Of a stretch of DNA of 64,000 nucleotides, positions 54,682-64,000 are shown in pieces. The notes beneath the pieces were generated by a model. That model ran no database searches and was not told where the DNA came from. It saw only the letters and a list, made by a program, of their open reading frames with translations. Made by a program: the position numbers and the translations under genes. This DNA comes from Eledone cirrhosa (Eukaryota). The first letter of the stretch is position 1, and each line of letters starts with the position of its first letter. Location: NCBI GenBank assembly GCA_964016885.1, contig OZ024741.1, positions 369,148,001 through 369,212,000 of the forward strand, given 5' to 3'.

Positions 54682-54834
54682 TTCATTATTTCTGAAGACG
54701 GCATATATATGTGTTGGTATGTATATTAAATTTGATAGTTTGTATAATTTTGTATAATTTTGTACATAGATCTGTTAAATATGCATGCCAATTCTAACAC
54801 ATATATGTCCTAGAAACGATCGTTAAATAATGAA
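54682..54834 (+). ncRNA. Type I hammerhead F11 with long stem II
   Basis: TTCATTATTT-CTGAAGA-(114-nt stem II region, ATATATGTGTTGG..CTAACACATATAT)-GAAA-CGATCG-TT-AAATAATGAA, with a perfect 10-bp stem I. Confidence 0.85.
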
Positions 54835-55178
54835 CTTTTTTTGTTTAATATAAGGAACTGTTTCATTGTTTTATTCATTATTTTTTTAATATTTTATATA
54901 CATATATATATATATATATATACATATATATATAGTTTAGCGTGGTTTTTTATATGAAATCGTGTGTCGAAACAAATATTGTTATACTTGGGGAGTGTCA
55001 TATTTGTGTAATATTGCCAGAATTAATAACAGAACACACTCACTGTTTGGTTGGTTTTCGCTTCTCGCTGTCTTTTATATCTGCGATCTAACTTAATCGG
55101 TCCTCAATGTTGCCTTTGACTGACCGACGGTCAAAAATAATACAGATACAATGTAGACACAAACACATATATATAGTT

Positions 55179-55220
55179 TACATAAATCTTTCGTTGCACA
55201 TCTGCAACATCGTCAGTGGT
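55179..55220 (-). ncRNA. Minimal hammerhead F5
   Basis: Same motif as 27495-27536. Confidence 0.55.
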
Positions 55221-55695
55221 GTTATATTCATTGTTCCTCCTGTTGTGTTGTATGTCTACGCCATTTTTTTTATTCAGTCTATCTATATATTTATTTACTT
55301 ATTTGCTTGTTTGTTTATTTTATTTTGTCTTCTTTGCGCATGCGTTTGCGTGTGTGTACGGTGTTGTGTGTGCTGTGTGACTAGTGTGTCTCGTGTTGTG
55401 TCTGCTGGGTGACTAGTGTGTGTTTATGTGCTTGTTGTTATTGTGCTTGTGTATGTATTTATTTATCTTATTTTATTTTATTTTGTAAATTATGTAAACT
55501 ATATATATGTGATTGTGTCTACATTGTATCTGTATTATTTTTGACCGTCGGTCAGTCAATGGCAACATTGAGGACCGATTAAGTTAGATCGCAGATATAA
55601 AAGACAGCGAGAAGCGAAAACCAACCAAACAGTGAGTGTGTTCTGTTATTAATTCTGGCAATATTACACAAACATGACCCTCCCCAAGTATAACA

Positions 55696-55762
<67 letters not shown>

Positions 55763-55813
55763 AACATATATATATATACATATATATATACATATATATA
55801 TATACATATATAC

Positions 55814-55846
<33 letters not shown>

Positions 55847-55859
55847 CATATATATATAC

Positions 55860-55922
<63 letters not shown>

Positions 55923-55952
55923 CGTATATATATATATATATATATACGTATA

Positions 55953-56036
<84 letters not shown>

Positions 56037-56043
56037 CATATAC

Positions 56044-56078
<35 letters not shown>

Positions 56079-56099
56079 CGTATATATATATATATATAC

Positions 56100-56182
<83 letters not shown>

Positions 56183-56209
56183 CATATATATATGTATAAA
56201 TATATATAC

Positions 56210-56292
<83 letters not shown>

Positions 56293-56502
56293 CATATTGT
56301 TATACTTGGGGAGGGTCATATTTGTGTAATATTGCCAGATTTAATAACAGAACACACTCACTGTTTGGTTGGTTTTCGCTTCTCGCATCTGTGTCTTTTA
56401 TATCGGTAATCTAATATACTCAGTCCTCAATGTTGCCATTGACTGACCGGCGGTCAAAATTAATATAGATACAATATAGACACAAACACATATATATAGT
56501 TT

Positions 56503-56544
56503 ATCATAAATCTTTCGTTGCACATCTGCAACATCGTCAGTGGT
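56503..56544 (-). ncRNA. Minimal hammerhead F5
   Basis: Same motif as 27495-27536. Confidence 0.6.
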
Positions 56545-56783
56545 GCTATATTTCCCTCCTGTTGTATTGTATGTCTACGCCATTTTTATTCAGTCTGTCT
56601 ATATATCTATTTATTTATTTGCTTGTTTGTTTATTTTATTTTGTCTTCTTTGCGCATACGTTTGCGTGTGTGTATAGTGTTTTGTTTGCTGTGTGATGGG
56701 TGACTAGAGTGTGTTTATGTGCTTGTTGTTATTGTGCTTGTGTATGTATTTATTTATTTATTTATTTTATTTTATTTACTTAT

Positions 56784-58822
56784 TTATACTTCTCTTAGGT
56801 CAGTGTTGTTTGTTTGGGTGTTGTTGTTATTCCATTCATTCTTTCTGTTTAGCCTTGGTCTTCTAATTTCTATTTCACTGGCCTCTCTGATTTGCCTATC
56901 AGCTGGGTCATTTCTATGTTTAGATATTATTCTAATTTCTGTGTTGTCTATGTTACCGTCATGTTGTTGTCTAGCATGTTCGTATAGTACTGACCCGTTT
57001 TTTCGTCCTTTTCGTTCCCCCCAGTGTTGTTCTATCCTTTCACCTATGCTACGAGCTGTCTCACCTATGTATGTTGTTGTCATGTTTCTGCAAGTACCCT
57101 CTGTACATCTTATGCTATAGACTACGTTTCTAGTTTTACAGTTTATCCGGGGGTTCACCTTACATATGATACATTTCCTATTGGTACAGTGGGTTTTCTT
57201 AAAAGGGTAGGTTTTGCTGATCAGGGATTTTATGGTGGTTCCTGGCTTTTCTACCACCTTTATTTTTAAGTGGGTCTTTCTCAGGGCCTTTCTACACTGG
57301 TTAGCTAATTTCCCTCCAGAGGTGGCGTCCACAAACATGACACTCTGGTATCTCTGGTTGTCGTACCATGAGGTGGCTTTCCCTATATTATGTCTAGCCC
57401 TATCTAAGCTATTCCATGATTTGCTCCTGTATAATGGGCAAATTCCTTTCATGTCCAGTTCTATGAGGGTCTTATACTTCTCCATGGCTCCTTCACATAC
57501 TCTGATTCTGTCTCTTTGGTTGTAGCCAGAGAACTGCATGCGGTTGATGAAGTGTTGGATGTGTCTTTACATTTCTGTTGGGTCGCACATGCGGGACACA
57601 TTCTTCATCACTCGTACCAAATCTGCGATCAGAATATTAAACTTAGCACTACTGGACATTGCTGAGTTTTTGAGTATCAGGTATTTGGAGGCCATGGGTT
57701 TAGCATAGTGTGAGTGGAGAATTTGGGCTCTCTCGTCTATAGTGTTAATCCAGAGTTCTGTGTCTAATACAGGTAGTCTATTGTTAGGGTGTTTGGAAGG
57801 GAAGTCGATAGTTACAGTTATACTCTGGTGTATGGAATTAGCTATCTGCTGGATGCTTTCCATCGTGCTACGTTCTAAATCAAACTTGTTAGTGCTCTCT
57901 GGTGGGGGTGTTCTTATAACTATATTGATATCGTCTACATAACGAGAGTACATGATGAGGTCTATGGAGCTTTCATTAAGGAGATATTTAAGTCTCCTTT
58001 CCCACCATACCATGAAAAGGTTGGCAACATCACCAGCTATGCTGACGCCGATTGCTGCTCCCTCATTTTGGGTGTAGATTTTCTCGTTGAACTTAAATAT
58101 GTTGTCCTTTAGGGTAGTTTTGATACTAGCCCCTATTGCATGTGCGATTTTTCTTACCTGATCATTGTTTTGGGGGGTCCGTATAGCTTTGGTCCACCCA
58201 ATCCACCTTCCCATGGGAGTCTTTTTTGCCATAGAGGTTATGGTGGGGGGGGGGGGTCTACCACTTATAGGTCTACTAGGGCAGAAACGTCTAAGGTCAT
58301 GGCTGTCTAGGTAGTCAGTGTCGTAGGTAAGTCTAAGTAGGAGGCCCAGTTCGTCTGTGTCGATGTCGCAGAACTCCACCTCACTCTCAATGATCATCTC
58401 CACACATCTTTTCACAGCAAAATCAATGTTAATGGATGGGTACAGTGACACCACATCCATGCTGCCTATTATGCAGTTGGATAGGCTCCTGTTTTTGTTG
58501 CACTCACTGGTTCTGCTGAGGATGTCCTCTGTACTGTCACATACATCTGGGGACATCTTGATTATGGGGCGTATAACCATTGAGAGGAAGTAGGAGATCC
58601 TGTAGTTGCTAGCTATATTAGCTCCGCATACGGGTCTTGTTGGTGGTCCTGTTGTCGGGTCGTCGACTGTCTTGTGGTCTTTGCGGAGTCCATACAAGGG
58701 TGGTATGCCATTGTTAGACGCCTGGAAGTTGTTGGCAGTGCGTCTGCTTGGCTTTAGGATGTCAGTCCACATGATCATGTGAGCGTTGAGGATTTTCTCT
58801 CTCCCATCGTGTGTTTGTTGTG

Positions 58823-58826
<4 letters not shown>
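56784..58826 (-). pseudogene. PLE-C RT + GIY-YIG, single in-frame stop at 57567-57569, 5'-truncated
   Basis: RYVDD; CIIC..NVVYSIRC..C..YIGETAR..ERIEQH..H...H. The two ORFs are in the same frame. Confidence 0.9.
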
Positions 58827-58879
<53 letters not shown>

Positions 58880-58888
58880 GTATATACT

Positions 58889-58940
<52 letters not shown>

Positions 58941-58941
58941 C

Positions 58942-59020
<79 letters not shown>

Positions 59021-59049
59021 CACATGTATATATATATATATATATACAC

Positions 59050-59080
<31 letters not shown>

Positions 59081-59099
59081 TATATATATATATACACAC

Positions 59100-59130
<31 letters not shown>

Positions 59131-59143
59131 TATATATATATAT

Positions 59144-59194
<51 letters not shown>

Positions 59195-59197
59195 TAT

Positions 59198-59244
<47 letters not shown>

Positions 59245-59247
59245 CAC

Positions 59248-59283
<36 letters not shown>

Positions 59284-59308
59284 TATATATATATATATAT
59301 ATATACAT

Positions 59309-59703
59309 TAAATACATAGTAAAACCTACTACAGCCAGTAGGCATCTCTAACAAAATACACCCCGTCCCACCACCCCCACCCCATCCACACCACCCCCGT
59401 TCTATGTAAAGTTATGTTGGTGCCGCGCCATCCAGGCCGAAACAAATGAGATCGTGTAGGTGTCACGACAAAAAAACACACAGTCCACGCTGTAATGTGG
59501 GCGTGTAGGCAACACGGTAAAAACCTCCCAGACCCACACTGTAAATGTGGTTGGTGTTAGGAAGGGCATCCAACTGTAGAAAACCTGCCAGACAGTCCTA
59601 TGCGAGCAAGACAATCACTCTTGCCTCAAGTGGGACTACCCCCGTCCAAACCCATGCAAGCGTGGAACACGGACGTTAAACGTTGATGATGATGATGATG
59701 ATG
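59309..59703 (+). mobile_element. RTE 3'UTR fragment with (GAT)n tail
   Basis: Homologous to 4135-4533 and 60774-61277. Confidence 0.88.
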
Positions 59704-59751
59704 ACATATATATATATATATATATATATACTTATATATATATATATATAT

Positions 59752-59925
59752 AACTTTGAAATGTTTTGGCCAGTATTGGCCCAGGCCATGTCTAACTTAA
59801 TAGCACCACCTGGCGAAGTCTTTCAATTCAGGATTTGGGCACCATGGCCCATTCGAGAAGAGAATTACTGTTTGCGGAGACATATCCGGGTGTGGGTGGT
59901 TTGTCCGGGATTACTTGGAGGAAAT
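59752..59925 (-). mobile_element. CR1/L2-group LINE extreme 3' end
   Basis: [23 protein letters not shown] resembles CR1-type ORF2 termini. Confidence 0.55.
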
Positions 59926-59973
59926 ATACATATATATATATATACATATATATATATACATATATATATATAC

Positions 59974-60104
<131 letters not shown>

Positions 60105-60115
60105 CACACACACAC

Positions 60116-61277
<1,162 letters not shown>

Positions 61278-61296
61278 TACACACATATATATATAT

Positions 61297-61529
<233 letters not shown>

Positions 61530-61564
61530 CAGATATATATATATACATATATATATATATACAC

Positions 61565-61731
<167 letters not shown>

Positions 61732-61732
61732 C

Positions 61733-61797
<65 letters not shown>

Positions 61798-61868
61798 CAT
61801 ATATATATACATATATATATATATACACATATATATACATATATATATATATACACATATATATATAC

Positions 61869-61937
<69 letters not shown>

Positions 61938-62149
61938 CACATATATATATATACACATATATATATATATATATACATATATATATACACATATATTTAT
62001 ATATATATATAGATATAGATATACATATATATATATATATACACATATATATATACACATATATATATATATACACATATATATATATATATATATACAT
62101 ATATATATACATATATATATATATACATATATATATATACATATATATA

Positions 62150-62302
62150 TGATGGCTGCCCCCTCGTTATCGAGTATGGCCATTGCACGAGAAGAAAAAA
62201 ATAATATAAAAAATAAAAAAATAAATAAATAAATAAAATAAAATAAAATAAAATAAAATAATAATAATAATAATAATAAATAAATAAAAAAAATAAAAAA
62301 AG

Positions 62303-62369
<67 letters not shown>

Positions 62370-62425
62370 CATACATACATACATGATGGCTGCCCCCTCG
62401 TTATCGAGTATGGCCATTGCACGAG
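62150..62425 (-). repeat. Two copies of a 41-bp sequence (62150-62191 and 62384-62424), probably LINE 3' termini
   Basis: ATGGCTGCCCCCTCGTTATCGAGTATGGCCATTGCACGAG duplicated, each copy next to a microsatellite. Confidence 0.6.
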
Positions 62426-62503
62426 CATAAAAAAAAATAAAAATAAAAATAAAAAATAAAAATAAAATAAAAAATAAAATAAAATAAAATAAAAAAATAA
62501 TAA

Positions 62504-62688
62504 TAATTGTTTCTACTTTAGGCACAAGGCCAGCAATTATCCAGTGCATTACTGGTACTTTATTTTATCGACCCCGTAAGGATGAAAGGCAAAGTCAACC
62601 TCGGCGGGATTTGAACTCAGATCGTAAAGGGACGTAACTATGCTGGAAAGCATGGCGTCCGACCCTCTACCGATACTGCCAATCCACT
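62504..62688 (-). mobile_element. Full-length tRNA-derived SINE
   Basis: A-box-like TGGCAGTATCGG, B-box GAGTTCAAATCC, core GCCTTTCATCCTTACGGGGTCGATAAAATAAAGTACC, and (ATT)n tail. Four partial copies elsewhere in the window. Confidence 0.88.
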
Positions 62689-62970
62689 AAAAAAATAATA
62701 ATAATAATAAATAAATTTAAAAAAAAAAAAAAAAAAGAAAAGAAAAAAAGAAATATATATATATATACATACATACATATATACATACACACATACACAT
62801 ACACTCACACATATACACACACATACATTAATAACAATAATAATAATAATAATAGCAATAATAATAATAACGACAACAACAATAATGATATACATATTCA
62901 TATATATATACACACACACGCACGCACATAAGCATATCTACACACACACACACGATAGCAACTAACAGTG

Positions 62971-64000
62971 CTACGATCGAATGTGGCTTTTTAGCCCAGC
63001 CAATGATCTAAAATGTCTTGCACAGAGTCGGCAACCAAAACATTCACTGGGAATAGTCGGCTGTATTTGGAGTTCGTGTACTTTTGCATGTCGCTTGAGC
63101 CCTCCTGCTGATTTACATTCTCTACCACATGTTTGGCAAGCATCATGAGTAGCATCTCCAACAGCAACCTGGTAGTCAACCACTGGTCTTACTTTATGAT
63201 TGCGAAGATGACTTTCGAGTCCAGCTTTGCTTAGGCAGAGTCTCGCACAGACGCTGCATGTCAGCACCATAGGAGGACCCTCGCCGTCTGGAAGTGCAAC
63301 AGCAATGCCCTTCCTCACATCCCGCTTTACTTTCTCGTGTGCGATTCGAGATGCCTCAAAGGCAACTTTTCCCTCATATACAGTCTTTCTCCATTTATTA
63401 CGATCAGCAGCAATATTTTCCCATGTATCAGCAGAGATGTTAGCGTCTTTCAGAGAGGCTTTCAAGGAATCCTTATACTTCTTTTTTGGTTTATATGGCG
63501 GTCGTTTTCCTTTAACCAACTCTCCATAGAAGTGTTGTTTTGGTATTCTAGAATCCTTCATCCTGGCAAGGTGACCACTCCAACGGAGTCGTTGCTTAAG
63601 CACAAGAGCTTCTATACTGTCACACAGAGAGTTTTCCAAAATCTCGACATCACTGATGTGGTCCCTCCAGTGAACGCCATGGATCCGTCTGAGACACATC
63701 TGATGGAAACGCTCCAATTGCTTAAGGTGGCGTCGATATGTGACCCAGGTCTCGCAGGCATAAAGAAGACAAGAGAGTACACATGCCCTGTACACCCTTA
63801 CTTTTGTCCTCCTGCATATGTCTCGCCGACCCCAGAGTCGCCTTTCTAGCTTTCCGAAAGCATCACTTGCTTTCCTAATCCTAAGTGAGATTTCACTGTC
63901 AAGGTTGCCGTATCGATTGACAGTGCTTCCCAGGTAGACAAACTGATCAACCACTCCAAGTCGTTTGCCATACACATAGATGTTTGGTTCAGTGTACTGC
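62971..64000 (-). mobile_element. RTE/BovB-like LINE ORF C-terminus with three C2H2-like zinc fingers; continues beyond window end
   Basis: FVYLGS, LLYACETW and RLRWSGHLARM. Fingers CSVC..SHLRNH, CQTC..RHAKVH and CRLC..SHIRS. Confidence 0.9.

Larger units (their letters stand above)
54978..58826 (-). mobile_element. Penelope-like element C, copy 2 (56297-58826) plus extra pLTR copies (54978-55485 minus, 55495-55700 plus; also 53135-53330 plus)
   Basis: Homologous to 27293-29833 throughout. Confidence 0.9.

Overview
AT-rich eukaryotic DNA made almost entirely of nested transposable elements in long (TA)n arrays. No host gene could be supported. The tRNA-derived SINE family and repeat landscape suggest an octopod/mollusc, which is an inference. 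Contents: several RTE LINE fragments, CR1-like and Tx1/L1 fragments, a nonautonomous Helitron, a pogo/Tigger derivative, SINEs, and a full-length Ty3/Gypsy provirus inserted in the LTR of a second Gypsy. There are also at least four coding Penelope-like elements (PLEs; RT plus GIY-YIG) with tandem and inverted pseudo-LTRs. The most striking signal is invisible in the ORF track. Reading both strands by eye I find 22 complete type I hammerhead ribozyme motifs in 11 distinct sequence families, plus truncated copies; a few have core or stem defects. Seven families carry a different self-complementary stem III, which may act as a family-specific dimerisation code. Five have a U.U opposition at the base of stem II, two have a U3-A8 covariant core, and two have stem II domains of about 100 nt. 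Two non-coding units lie between direct-repeat hammerheads (about 1938 nt and 939 nt) and look like retrozyme-type self-excising RNAs. All RNA structures were assigned by manual base-pairing and need computational and experimental confirmation.
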